A stretch of DNA of 64,000 nt from the human T2T-CHM13v2.0 reference genome, Homo sapiens: NCBI GenBank assembly GCA_009914755.4, contig CP086569.2, forward strand, positions 28,896,001-28,960,000. Reading direction: 5' to 3'. Each line of letters opens with the position of its first letter. The stretch's first letter is position 1. Shown one piece after another: positions 1 to 14,248 of the stretch. The notes beneath the pieces were generated by a model. The model saw nothing but the letters and a program-made list of their open reading frames with translations. It was not told the DNA's origin and made no database searches. The translations under genes and the position numbers were made by a program.

Positions 1-64
1 TTTCCAATCTATTCGAGTCCATTACATTCCAGTCCAATCCATTCGATTACATTCTTTTGATTCC
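1..64 (+). repeat. HOR unit u0, partial (3' end of a unit)
   Basis: Sequence upstream of the first anchor motif at 65. It resembles the 3' end of unit u18 (about 60.2 kb). Confidence 0.7.
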
Positions 65-3000
65 CTGCCAGTCGATTGCATTGCATACTAGACCATTCCA
101 AACGAGTCCATTCCATTCTATTTCAACACTTTCCATTCCACACCGTTCGAGTCCATTCCATTCCAGTCCATTTAATTCAAGGGCATTCCATTCCATTCCA
201 TTCCATTTCCTATTATTCCATTCCATTCAATTCCATTCCAGATTATTCCATTCCATTCTATACCATTGCTCTCTGTTCCATTCCATTCCATCTGTCTCCA
301 TTCCTTTCGTTTCGATTCCTTTCCATTCCATTCCATTACATTTGATCCTATTTTATTAAATTGCATTCTATTCGAGTGATTTCCATTCGAGTCCTTTCCA
401 TTCGATTCCATTCCATTCTATTCCATTCCTTTGGATTCCATTCCGTTCCGTTCCGTTCACATCAATTCCTTGCGATTCCATTACATTCGATTTCTTGCCA
501 TTCGATTCCATTCCTTTTGACTCCATTTCATTCGATTCCATTCCATTCCATTAATTTCCATTCCATTCGAGACCTTTCCATTGCAGTCTTTTCCCTTCGA
601 GTCCATTCCATTCGATTCCCTTCCATTCGATTCCATTCCATTGGAGTCCGTACCAGTTGAGTCCATTCTATTCCAGTCCATTAGTTTCGACTCCATTGCA
701 TTCGAGTGCATTCCATTCCGTGGCTGTCCATTCCATTTCGTTTGATGCCATTCCATAAGATTCCATTCAATTCGAGACCATTCTATTCCTGTCCATTCCT
801 TGTGGTTCGATTCCATTTCACTCTAGTCCATTCCATTCCATTGAATTCCATTCGACTCTATTCCGTTCCATTCAATTCCATTCCTTTCGATTCCCTTTTT
901 TTCGAGAACCTTCCATTACACTCCCTTCCATTCCAGTGCATTCCATTCCAGTCTCTTCAGTTCGATTCCATTCCATTCGTTTCGATTCCATTCCATTCCA
1001 GCCCATTCCATTCCATTCCATTCCTTTCCTTTCCGTTTCATTAGATTCCATTGCATTCGATTCCATTCAATTCAATTCCGTGCTATTCAATTTGATTCAT
1101 TTCCATTTAATTCCATTCCATTATATTCCATTCCTTTCGATTCCATTCCTTTCGAATCCATTCCATTGGAGTGCATTCACTTCCAGAACATTCCATTCCA
1201 GTCGAATCCATTCGAGTACATTCCATTAAAGTTCATTACATTCTAATACATTCCATTCCATTGCATTCCATTCCATTCCTTTCGATGCCATTCGATTCCA
1301 TTCCATGCCAAATCATTGCATTCCTTTCCATTCCGTTCCTATCAATTCCATTCCATTCGATTTAGTTCGATTCTATTCACTTCCATTCCATTCGATTCCA
1401 TTCCATTGGAGTCAATTCCTTTCGACACCCAGCCTTTCCAGTCAATGATTTTGGATTCCATTTTTTTGCATTCCATTACATTCTATGACATTCGATTCCG
1501 TTTCATTGCATTCCATTCCATACATTTTTATTCCATTCGAGACCGTAGCATTCCCCTTTATTCCAGGCCTGTCCATTACACTACATTCCCTTCCATTCCA
1601 ATGAATTCCATTCCATTCCAATCCTTTCCTTTCCTTTCGCTTGCATTCCATTCTATTCTCTTCTACTGCATACAATTTCACTCCATTCGTTCCCATTCCA
1701 TTCAATTCCATTCCATTCAATTCCATTCCATTTGTTTCCATTCTCTTCGATTCCATTTCTTTATATTCCATGCCATTCGATTCCATTCTATTGGATTGCA
1801 TTACATTCGTGTTCATTCCATTCCAGACCATTCCATTTGATTCCATTCCTTTCGAGCCCTTTCAATTTGAGTCCATTGTTTTCCAGTCCATTTCACTCCA
1901 GTCCATTACTATCCATTCCATACCATTCCATCCCATTCCATTCCATTCCATTGCATTCCATTGCATTCCATTCCATTCCATTCCATTGCACTGCACTCCA
2001 TTCCATTACATTCTACTCTATTTGAGTCCATTTTATTGCATTAGATTCTATTCCATTGGATTACTTTCCATTCGATTACATTCCATTCATGTACATTCCA
2101 TTCCAGTCAATTACATTCGAGTTCATTACATTACATTCCAGTATATTCCATTGTATTCGATCCCATTCCTTTCAATTCCATTTCATTCGACTCCATTATA
2201 TTCGATTCCATTCCACTCGAATCCATTCCATTAGAGGACATTCCATTCCAATGCATTCCATTCCATTCCATAGCATTCCAATGCATTCGATTCCATTCCA
2301 TTTGATGCCATTCCATTTGATGCCATTCCATGACATTCCATTCCATTCGAGTCCATTCCGTTCCAATTCATTCCATTCCGTTTCATGAAATTCGAGTCCT
2401 TTCCAGTACATTTCATTCCAATCCCATCCAATCCAATCTACTCCATTCAATTCCTTTCCATTCCATTTGATTATATTCCATTGATTTGATTCCATTCAGT
2501 TTGATTCCATTCCGTGAAATTTCGTTCCATTCTATTCCATTGCATTACTTTCCATTCAATTCCATTCCATTTCATTTCAGTCCATTCGCTTCCTTTCCTT
2601 TCGATTCAATTCCATTTGATTCCACTCCATTCTATGCGATTTCATTCCAATCGATTCAATTCCATTCGATGACATTCCTTTCGTTTCCATTCCATTCGAG
2701 TCCATTCAATTTGAGCATTCGTGTCCATTCTATTCGAGTCCATTCCATTACCGTCTATTCTATTCCCTTCCATTCCTGTTGATTCAATTTCATTCCCTTC
2801 CATTCGATTCCTTTCCATTCGATTCCATTCCTTTCCATTCCATTCCATTCGTTCCCATTCCATGTGATTTCATTCCATTACAGTCCATTATATTCGAGTC
2901 CACTCCACTCCATTCTATTACATTCAATTCCTTTTGAGTCCGTTCCATAACACTCCATTCATTTCGATTCCATTTCTTGCCAGTTTTCTTCCATTTTATT

Positions 3001-3597
3001 CCATTCCGTTCGATTCCATTCCATTCGATTGCATTCATTTCGAATCCTTTCCATTCCATTTCATTCCATTCCTTTCTATTCCATTCCATTTCATTCGATT
3101 TGATTCCATTCTGTTCTATTCCATTCAATTCTTTTTCATTCCATTCGAATCCTTTCTATTGCAGTCCATTCCATTCGAGTCCATTCTAATCCCTTCCATT
3201 CCATTCCATTACAGTCCATTCCAATAGATTCCATTCCTTTGCCTTCCATTCGAATCCATTCCATTCTAGTCCATTCCATTTGAGTCAATTCCATTCTATT
3301 CCTTTCCAATCCATTCGATTCCATTCGATTCAATTCCATTTGATTCTCTTTCATTCTATTTTATTCCATGCCACTTGATTGCATTGCATTCCATTCCGTT
3401 TGATTCCAGTCCATTCAAGAAAGTTCCATTCCAGTCCATTGCTTTCGAGTCCATTCCATTCCACTCTAGTCTATTCCACTCCATTCCTTTCCATTCCATT
3501 CCATACTATTCCATTCCATTCCTTTGCTTTCCGTTTCCAATCTATTCGAGTCCATTACATTCCAGTCCAATCCATTCGATTACATTCTTTTGATTCC
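65..3597 (+). repeat. HOR unit u1 (3533 bp), canonical type, HaeIII GGCC present at about 1566
   Basis: Anchor motif at 65 and 3598. Its ORF artefacts are shared with u2 and u19. Confidence 0.85.
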
Positions 3598-6500
3598 CTG
3601 CCAGTCGATTGCATTGCATACTAGACCATTCCAAACGAGTCCATTCCATTCTATTTCAACACTTTGCATTCCACTCTGTTCGAGTCCATTCCATTCCAGT
3701 CCATTTAATTCAAGGGCATTCCATTCCATTCCATTCCATTTCCTATTATTCCATTCCATTCAATTCCATTCCAGATTATTCCATTCCATTCTATACCATT
3801 GCTCTCTGTTCCATTCCATTCCATCTGTCTCCATTCCTTTCGTTTCGATTCCTTTCCATTCCATTCCATTACATTTGATCCTATTTTATTAAATTGCATT
3901 CTATTCGAGTGATTTCCATTCGAGTCCTTTCCATTCGATTCCCTTCCATTCTATTCCATTCCTTTGGATTCCATTCCGTTCCGTTCCGTTCACATCAATT
4001 CCTTGCGATTCCATTACATTCGATTTCTTGCCATTCGATTCCATTCCTTTTGACTCCATTTCATTCGATTCCATTCCATTCCATTAATTTCCATTCCATT
4101 CGAGACCTTTCCATTGCAGTCTTTTCCCTTCGAGTCCATTCCATTCGATTCCCTTCCATTCGATTCCATTCCATTGGAGTCCGTACCAGTTGAGTCCATT
4201 CTATTCCAGTCCATTAGTTTCGACTCCATTGCATTCGAGTGCATTCCATTCCGTGGCTGTCCATTCCATTTCGTTTGATGCCATTCCATAAGATTCCATT
4301 CAATTCGAGACCATTCTATTCCTGTCCATTCCTTATGGTTCGATTCCATTTCACTCTAGTCCATTCCATTCCATTGAATTCCATTCGACTCTATTCCGTT
4401 CCATTCAATTCCATTCCTTTCGATTCCCTTTTTTTCGAGAACCTTCCATTACACTCTCTTCCATTCCAGTGCATTCCATTCCAGTCTCTTCAGTTCGATT
4501 CCATTCCATTCGTTTCGATTCCATTCCATTCCAGCCCATTCCATTCCATTCCATTCCTTTCCTTTCCGTTTCATTAGATTCCATTGCATTCGATTCCATT
4601 CAATTCAATTCCGTGCTATTCAATTTGATTCATTTCCATTTAATTCCATTCCATCATATTCCATTCCTTTCGATTCCATTCCTTTCGAATCCATTCCATT
4701 GGAGTGCATTCACTTCCAGAACATTCCATTCCAGTCGAATCCATTCGAGTACATTCCATTAAAGTTCATTACATTCTAATACATTCCATTCCATTGCATT
4801 CCATTCCATTCCTTTCGATACCATTCGATTCCATTCCATGCCAAATCATTGCATTCCTTTCCATTCAGTTCCTATCAATTCCATTCCATTTGATTTAGTT
4901 CGATTCTATTCACTTCCATTCCATTCGATTCCATTCCATTGGAGTCAATTCCTTTCGACACCCAGCCTTTCCAGTCAATGATTTTGGATTCCATTTTTTT
5001 GCATTCCATTACATTCTATGACATTCGATTCCGTTTCATTGCATTCCATTCCATACATTTTTATTCCATTCGAGACCGTAGCATTCCACTTTATTCCAGG
5101 CCTGTCCATTACACTACATTACCTTCCATTCCAATGAATTCCATTCCATTCCAATCCATTCCTTTCCTTTCGCTTGCATTCCATTCTATTCTCTTCTACT
5201 GCATACAATTTCACTCCATTCGTTCCCATTCCATTCAATTCCATTCCATTCAATTCCATTCCATTTGTTTCCATTCTCTTCGATTCCATTTCTTTATGTT
5301 CCATGCCATTCGATTCCATTCTATTGGATTGCATTACATTCGTGTTCATTCCATTCCAGACCATTCCATTTGACTCCATTCCTTTCGAGCCCTTTCAATT
5401 TCAGTCCATTCTTTTCCAGTCCATTTCACTCCAGTCCAATACTATCCATTCCATACCATTCCATCCCATTCCATTCCATTCCATTGCATTCCATTGCATT
5501 CCATTCCATTCCATTCCATTCCATTGCACTGCACTCCATTCCATTACATTCTACTCTATTTGAGTCGATTTTATTGCATTAGATTCTATTCCATTGGATT
5601 ACTTTCCATTCGATTACATTCCAATCATGTACATTCCATTCCAATCAATTACATTCGAGTTCATTACATTACATTCCAGTACATTCCATTGTATTCGATC
5701 CCATTCCTTTCAATTCCATTTCATTCGACTCCATCATATTCGATTCCATTCCACTCGAATCCATTCCATTAGAGGACATTCCATTCCAATGCATTCCATT
5801 CCATTCCATAGCATTCCAATGCATTCGATTCCATTCCATTTGATGCCATTCCATTTGATGCCATTCCATGACATTCCATTCCATTCGAGTCCATTCCGTT
5901 CCAATTCATTCCATTCCGTTTCATGAAATTCGAGTCCTTTCAAGTACATTTCATTCCAATCCCATCCAATCCAATCTACTCCATTCAATTCCTTTCCATT
6001 CCATTTGATTATATTCCATTGATTTGATTCCATTCACTTTGATTCCATTCCGTGAAATTTCGTTCCATTCTATTCCATTGCATTACTTTCCATTCAATTC
6101 CATTCCATTTCATTTCAGTCCATTCGCTTCCTTTCCTTTTGATTCAATTCCATTTGATTCCACTCAATTCTATGCGATTTCATTCCAATCGATTCAATTC
6201 CATTCGATGACATTCCTTTCGTTTCCATTCCATTCGAGTCCATTCAATTTGAGCATTCGTGTCCATTCTATTCGAGTCCATTCCATTACCGTCTATTCTA
6301 TTCCCTTCCATTCCTGTTGATTCAATTTCATTCCCTTCCATTCGATTCCTTTCCATTCGATTCCATTCCTTTCCATTCCATTCCATTCGTTCCCATTCCA
6401 TGTGATTTCATTCCATTCCAGTCCATTATATTCGAGTCCACTCCACTCCATTCTATTACATTCAATTCCTTTTGAGTCCGTTCCATAACACTCCATTCAT

Positions 6501-7146
6501 TTCGATTCCATTTCTTGCCAGTTTTCTTCCATTTTATTCCATTCCGTTCGATTCCATTCCATTCGATTGCATTCCATTCGAATCCTTTCCATTCCATTTC
6601 ATTCCATTCCTTTCTATTCCATTCCATTTCATTCGATTTGATTCCATTCTGTTCTATTCCATTCAATTCTTTTTCATTCCATTCGAATCCTTTCTATTGC
6701 AGTCCATTCCATTCGAGTCCATTCCAATCCCTTCCGTTCCATTCCATTACAGTCCATTCCAATAGATTCCATTCCTTTGCCTTCCATTTGAATCCATTCC
6801 ATTCTAGTCCATTCCATTTGAGTCAATTCCATTCCATTCCATTCTATTACTTTCCAATCCATTCGATTCCATTCGATTCAATTCCATTTGATTCTCTTTC
6901 ATTCTATTTTATTCCATGCCATTTGATTGCATTGCATTCCATTCCGTTTGATTCCAGTCCATTCAAGAAAGTTCCATTCCAGTCCATTGTTTTCCAGTCC
7001 ATTCCATTCCACTCTAGTCTATTCCACTCCATTCCTTTCCATTCCATTCCATACTATTCCATTCCATTCCTTTGCTTTCCGTTTCCAATCTATTCGAGTC
7101 CATTGCATTCCAGTCCAATCCATTCGATTACATTCCTATTGATTCC
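3598..7146 (+). repeat. HOR unit u2 (3549 bp), canonical, GGCC at about 5099
   Basis: Anchor motif spacing. Track ORFs 3524-3892 and 3894-4193 are near-identical to 57-359 and 361-660. Confidence 0.85.
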
Positions 7147-10100
7147 CTGCCAGTCGATTGCATTGCATACTAGACCATTCCAAACGAGTCCATTCCATTC
7201 TATTTCAAAACTTTCCATTCCACTCTGTTCGAGTCCATTCCATTCCAGTCCATTTAATTCAAGGGCATTCCATTCCATTCCATTCCATTTCCTATTATTC
7301 CATTCCATTCAATTCCATTCCAGATGATTCCATTCCATTCTATACCATTGCTCTCTGTTCCATTCCATTCCATCTGTCTCCATTCCTTTCGTTTCGATTC
7401 CTTTCAATTCCATTCCATTACATTTGATCCTATTTTATTAAATTGCATTCTATTCGAGTGATTTCCATTCGAGTCCTTTCCATTCGATTCCATTCCATTC
7501 TATTCCATTCCTTTGGATTCCATTCCGTTCCGTTCCGTTCACATCAATTCCTTGCGATTCCATTACATTCGATTTCTTGCCATTCGATTCCATTCCTTTT
7601 GACTCCATTTCATTCGATTCCATTCCATTCCATTAATTTCCATTCCATTCGAGACCTTTCCATTGCAGTCTTTTCCCTTCGAGTCCATTCCGTTCGATTC
7701 CCTTCCATTCGATTCCATTCCATTGGAGTCCGTACCAGTCGAGTCCATTATATTCCAGTCCATTAGTGTCGACTCCATTGCATTCGAGTGCATTCCATTC
7801 CGTGGCTGTCCATTCCATTCCGTTTGATGCCATTCCATACGATTCCATTTAATTCGAGACCATTCTATTCCTGTCCATTCCTTGTGGTTCGATTCCATTT
7901 CACTCTAGCCCATTCCATTCCATTGAATTCCATTCGACTATATTCCGTTCCATTCAATTCCATTCCTTTCGATTCCATTTTTTTCGAGAACCTTCCATTA
8001 CACTCCCTTCCATTCCAGTGCATTCCATTCCAGTCTCTTCAGTTCGATTCCATTCCATTCGTTTCGATTCCATTCCATTCCAGCCCATTCCATTCCATTC
8101 CATTCCTTTCCTTTCCGTTTCATTAGATTCCATTGCATTCGATTCCATTCAATTCAATTCCGTGCTATTCAAATTGATTCATTTCCATTTAATTCCACTC
8201 CATTAGATTCCATTCCTTTCGAATCCATTCCATTGGAGTCCATTCACTTCGAGAATATTACATTCCAGTCGAATCCATTCGAGTACATTCCATTAAAGTT
8301 CATTACATTCTAATACATTCCATTCCATTGCATTCCATTCCATTCCATTCGATGCCATTCGATTCCATTCCATGCCAAATCATTGCATTCCTTTCCATTC
8401 CGTTCCTATCAATTCCATTCCATTCGATTTAGTTCGATTCTATTCACTTCCATTCCATTCGATTCCATTCCATTGGAGTCAATTCCTTTCGACACCCAGC
8501 CTTTCCTGTCAATGATTTTGGAGTCCATTATTTGCATTCCATTACATTCTATGACATTCGATTCCGTTTCATTGTATTCCATTCGATACATTTTTATTCC
8601 ATTCGAGACCGTAGCATTCCAGTTTATTCCAGGCCTGTCCATTACACTACATTCCCTTCCATTCCAATGAATTCCATTCCATTCCAATCCATTCCTTTCC
8701 TTTCGCTTGCATTCCATTCTATTCTCTTCTACTGCATACAATTTCACTCCATTCGTTCCCATTCCATTCAATTCCATTCCATTCAATTCCATTCCATTTG
8801 TTTCCATTCTCTTCGATTCCATTTCTTCATATTCCATGCCATTCGATTCCATTCTATTGGATTGCATTACATTCGTGTTGATTCCATTCCAGACCATTCC
8901 ATTTGACTCCATTCCTTTCGAGCCCTTTCAATTTGAGTCCATTGCTTTCCAGTCCATTTCACTCCAGTCCATTACAATCCATTCCATACCATTCCATCCC
9001 ATTCCATTCCATTTCATTCCATTCCATTCCATTCCATTCCATTGCATTCCATTCCATTCCATTCCATTGCACTGCACTCCATTCCATTACATTCTATTCT
9101 ATTTGAGTCGATTTTATTGCATTAGATTCTATTCCATTGGACTACTTTCCATTCGATTACATTCCATTCATGTACATTCCATTCCAGTCAATTACATTCG
9201 ATTTCATTACATTACATTCTAGTATATTCCATTCTATTCGATCCCATTTCTTTCAATTCCATTTCATTCGACTCCATTATATTCGATTCCATTCCACTCG
9301 AATCCATTCCATTAGAGGACATTCCATTCCAATGCATTCCATTCCATTCCATAGCATTCCATTGCATTCGATTCCATTCCATTTGATGCCATTCCATTTG
9401 ATGCCATTCCATGACATTCCATTCCATTCGAGTCCATTCCGTTCCAATTCATTCCATTCCGTTTCATGAAATTCGAGTCCTTTCCAGTACATTTCATTCC
9501 AATCCCATCCAATCCAATCTACTCCATTCAATTCCTTTCCATTCCATTTGATTATATTCCATTGATTTGATTCCATTCAGTTTGATTCCATTCCGTGAAA
9601 TTTCGTTCCATTCTATTCCATTGCATTACTTTCCATTCCATTCCATTCCATTTCATTTCAGTCCATTCGCTTCCTTTCCTTTCGATTCAATTCCATTTGA
9701 TTCCACTCCATTCTATGCGATTTCATTCCAATCGATTCAATTCCATTCGATGACATTTCTTTCGTTTCCATTCTATTCGAGTCCATTCAATTTGAGCATT
9801 CGTGTCCATTCTATTCGAGTCCATTCCATTACCGTCTATTCTATTCCCTTCCATTCCTGTTGATTCAATTTCATTCCCTTCCATTCGATTCCATTCCATT
9901 CGATTCCATTCCTTTCCATTGCTTTCCATTCGTTCCCATTCCATGTGATTTCATTCCATTCCAGTCCATTATATTCGAGTCCACTCCACTCCATTCTATT
10001 ACATTCAATTCCCTTTGATTACGTTCCATAACACTCCATTCATTTCGATTCCATTTCTTGCCGGTTTTCTTCCGTTTTATTCCATTCCGTTCGATTCCAT

Positions 10101-10704
10101 TCCATTCGATTGCATTCCATTCGATTGCATTCCATTCGAATCCTTTCCATTCCATTTCATTCCATTACTTTTTATTCCATTCCATTTCATTCGATTTGAT
10201 TCCATTCTGTTCTACTCCATTCAATTCTTTTTCATTCCATTCGAATCCTTTCTATTGCAGTCCATTCCATTCGAGTCCATTCCAATCCCTTCCATTCCAT
10301 TCCATTACAGTCCATTCCAATAGATTCCATTCCTTTGCCTTCCATTCGAATCCATTCCATTCTAGTCCATTCCATTTGAGTCAATTCCATTCCATGCCAT
10401 TCTATTCCTTTCCAATCCATTCGATTCCATTCGATTCAATTCCATTTGATTCTCTTTCATTCTATTTTATTCCATGCCATTTGATTTCATTGCATTCCAT
10501 TCCGTTTGATTCCAGTCCATTCAAGAAAGTTCCATTCCAGTCCATTGCTTTCGAGTCCATTCCATTCCACTCTAGTCTATTCCACTCCATTCCTTTCCAT
10601 TCCATTCCATACTATTCCATTCCATTCGTTTGCTTTCCTTTTCCAATCTATTCGAGTCCATTGCATTCCAGTCCAATCCATTCGATTACATTCCTTTTGA
10701 TTCC
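7147..10704 (+). repeat. HOR unit u3 (3558 bp), canonical, GGCC at about 8632. Contains a 15 bp tandem duplication (cattcgattgcattc x2) at about 10111-10140
   Basis: Anchor spacing. The 275 aa ORF 10058-10885 carries HSIAFHSIAF, against a single copy in the 270 aa paralogues. Confidence 0.85.
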
Positions 10705-13700
10705 CTGCCAGTCGATTGCATTGCATACTAGACCATTCCAAACGAGTCCATTCCATTCTATTTCAACACTTTCCATTCCACTCTGTTCGAGTCCATTCCA
10801 TTCCAGTCCATTTAATTCAAGGGCATTCCATTCCATTCCATTCCATTTCATATTATTCCATTACATTCAATTCCATTCCAGATGATTCCATTCCGTTCTA
10901 TACCATTGCTCTCTGTTCCATTCCATTCCATCTGTCTCCATTCCATTCGTTTCGATTCCTTTCCATTCCATTCCATTATATTTGATCCTGTTTTATTAAA
11001 TTGCATTCTATTCGAGTGATTTCCATTCGAGTCCTTTCCATTAGATTCCATTCCATTCTATTCCATTCCTTTGGATTCCATTCCGTTCCGTTCCGTTCAC
11101 ATCAATTCCTTGTGATTCCATTACATTCGATTTCTTGCCATTCGATTCCATTCCTTTTGACTCCATTTCATTCGATTCCATTCCATTCCATTAATTTCCA
11201 TTCCATTCGAGACCTTTCCATTGCAGTCTTTTCCCTTTGAGTCCATTCCGTTCGATTCCCTTCCATTCGATTCCATTCCATTGGAGTCCGTACCAGTCGA
11301 GTCCATTCTATTCCAGTCCATTAGTATCGACTCCATCGCATTCGAGTTCATTCCATTCCGTGGCTGTCCATTCCATTTCGTTTGATGCCATTCCATACGA
11401 TTCCATTCAATTCGAGACCATTCTATTCCTGTCCATTCCTTGTGGTTCAATTCCATTTCACTCTAGTCCATTCCATTCCATTGAATTCCATTCGACTCTA
11501 TTCCGTTCCATTCAATTCCATTCCTTTCGATTCCATTTTTTTCGAGAACCTTCCATTACACTCCCTTCCATTCCAGTGCATTCCATTCCAGTCTCTTCAG
11601 TTCGATTCCATTCCATTCGTTTCGATTCCATTCCATTCCAGCGCATTCCATTCCATTCCATTGCTTTCCTTTCCGTTTCATTAGATTCCATTGCATTTGA
11701 TTCCATTCAATTCAATTCCGTGCTATTCAATTTGATTCATTTCCATTTAATTCCATTCCATTATATTCCATTCCTTTCGATTCCATTCCTTTCGAATCCA
11801 TTCCATTGGAGTGCATTCACTTCCAGAACATTCCATTCCAGTCGAATCCATTCGAGTACTTTCCATTAATGTTCATTACATTCTAATACATTCCATTCCA
11901 TTGCATTCCATTCCATTCCTTTCGATGCCATTCGATTCCATTCCATGCCAAATCATTGCATTCCTTTCCATTCCGTTCCTATCAATTCCATTCCATTCGA
12001 TTTAGTTCGATTCTATTCACTTCCATTCCATTCGATTCCATTCCATTGGAGTCAATTCCTTTCGACACCCAGCCTTTCCAGTCAATGATTTTGGATTCCA
12101 TTTTTTTGCATTCCATTACATTCTATGACATTCGATTCCGTTTCATTGCATTCCATTCCATACATTTTTATTCCATTCGAGACCGTAGCATTCCACTTTA
12201 TTCTAGGCCTGTCCATTACACTACATTCCCTTCCATTCCAATGAATTCCATTCCATTCCAATCCATTCCTTTCCTTTCGCTTGCATTCCATTCTATTCTC
12301 TTCTACTGCATACAATTTCACTCCATTCGTTCCCATTCCATTCAATTCCATTCCATTCAATTCCATTCCATTTGTTTCCATTCTCTTCGATTCCATTTCT
12401 TTATATTCCATGCCATTCGATTCCATTCTATTGGATTGCATTACATTCGTGTTCATTCCATTCCAGACCATTCCATTTGACTCCATTCCTTTCGAGCCCT
12501 TTCAATTTGAGTCCATTCCTTTCCAGTCCATTTCACTCCAGTCCATTACTATCCATTCCCTACCATTCCATCCCATTGCATTCCATTCCATTCCATTCCA
12601 TTCCATTGCATTCCATTCCATTCCATTGCACTGCACTCCATTCCATTACATTCTATTCTATTACAGTCGATTTTATTGCATTAGATTCTATTCCATTGGA
12701 TTACTTTCCATTCGATTACATTCCATTCATGTATATTCCATTCCAGTCAATTACATTCGAGTTCATTACGTTACATTCCAGTATATTCCATTGTATTCGA
12801 TCCCATTCCTTTCAATTCCATTTCATTCGACTCCATTATATTCGATTCCATTCCACCCGAATCCATTCCATTAGAGGACATTCCATTCCAATGCATTCCA
12901 TTCCATTCCAAAGCATTCCATTGCATTCGATTCCATCCCATTTGATGCCATTCCGTTTGATGCCATTCCATGACATTCCATTCCATTCGAGTCCATTCCG
13001 TTCCAATTCATTCCATTCCGTTTCATGAAATTCGAGTCCTTTCCAGTACATTTCATTCCAATCCCATCCAATCCAATCTACTCCATTCAATTCCTTTCCA
13101 TTCCATTTGATTAGATTCCATTGATTTGATTCCATTCAGTTTGATTCCATTCCGTGAAATTTCGTTCCATTCTATTCCATTGCATTACTTTCCATTCAAT
13201 TCCATTCCATTTCATTTCAGTCCATACGCTTCCTTTCCTTTCGATTCAATTCCATTTGATTCCACTCCATTCTATGCGATTTCATTCCAATCGATTCAAT
13301 TCCATTCGATGACATTCCTTTCGTTTCCATTCCATTCGAGTCCATTCAATTTGAGCATTCGTGTCCATTCTATTCGAGTCCATTCCATTACCGTCTATTC
13401 TATTCCCTTCCATTCCTGTTGATTCAATTTCATTCCCTTCCATTCGATTCCTTTCCATTCGATTCCATTCCTTTCCATTCCATTCCATTCGCTCCCATTC
13501 CATGTGATTTCATTCCATTCCAGTCCATTATATTCGAGTCCACTCCACTCCATTCTATTACATTCAATTCCTTTTGAGTCCGTTCCATAACACTCCATTC
13601 ATTTCGATTCCATTTCTTGCCAGTTTTCTTCCATTTTATTCCATTCCGTTCGATTCCATTCCATTCGATTGCATTCCATTCGAATCCTTTCCATTCCATT

Positions 13701-14248
13701 TCATTCCATTCCTTTCTATTCCATTCCATTTCATTCGATTTGATTCCATTCTGTTCTATTCCATTCAATTCTTTTTCATTCCATTCGAATCCTTTCTATT
13801 GCAGTCCATTCCATTCGAGTCCATTCCAATCCCTTCCATTCCATTCCATTACAGTCCATTCCAATAGATTCCATTCCTTTGCCTTCCATTCGAATCCATT
13901 CCATTCTAGTCCATTCCATTTGAGTCAATTCCATTCCATGCCATTCTATTCCTTTCCAATCCATTCGATTCCATTCGATTCAATTCCATTTGATTCTCTT
14001 TCATTCTATTTTATTCCATGCCATTTGATTTCATTGCATTCCATTCCGTTTGATTCCAGTCCATTCAAGAAAGTTCCATTCCAGTCCATTGCTTTCGAGT
14101 CCATTCCATTCCACTCTAGTCTATTCCACTCCATTCCTTTCCATTCCATTCCATACTATTCCATTCCATTCGTTTGCTTTCCTTTTCCAATCTATTCGAG
14201 TCCATTGCATTCCAGTCCAATCCATTCGATTACATTCCTTTTGATTCC
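10705..14248 (+). repeat. HOR unit u4 (3544 bp), canonical, GGCC present (taggcctg at about 12206)
   Basis: Anchor spacing. Its ORF artefacts are identical to those of u5 (11237-11869 = 14781-15413, 12372-13028 = 15916-16572). Confidence 0.85.
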
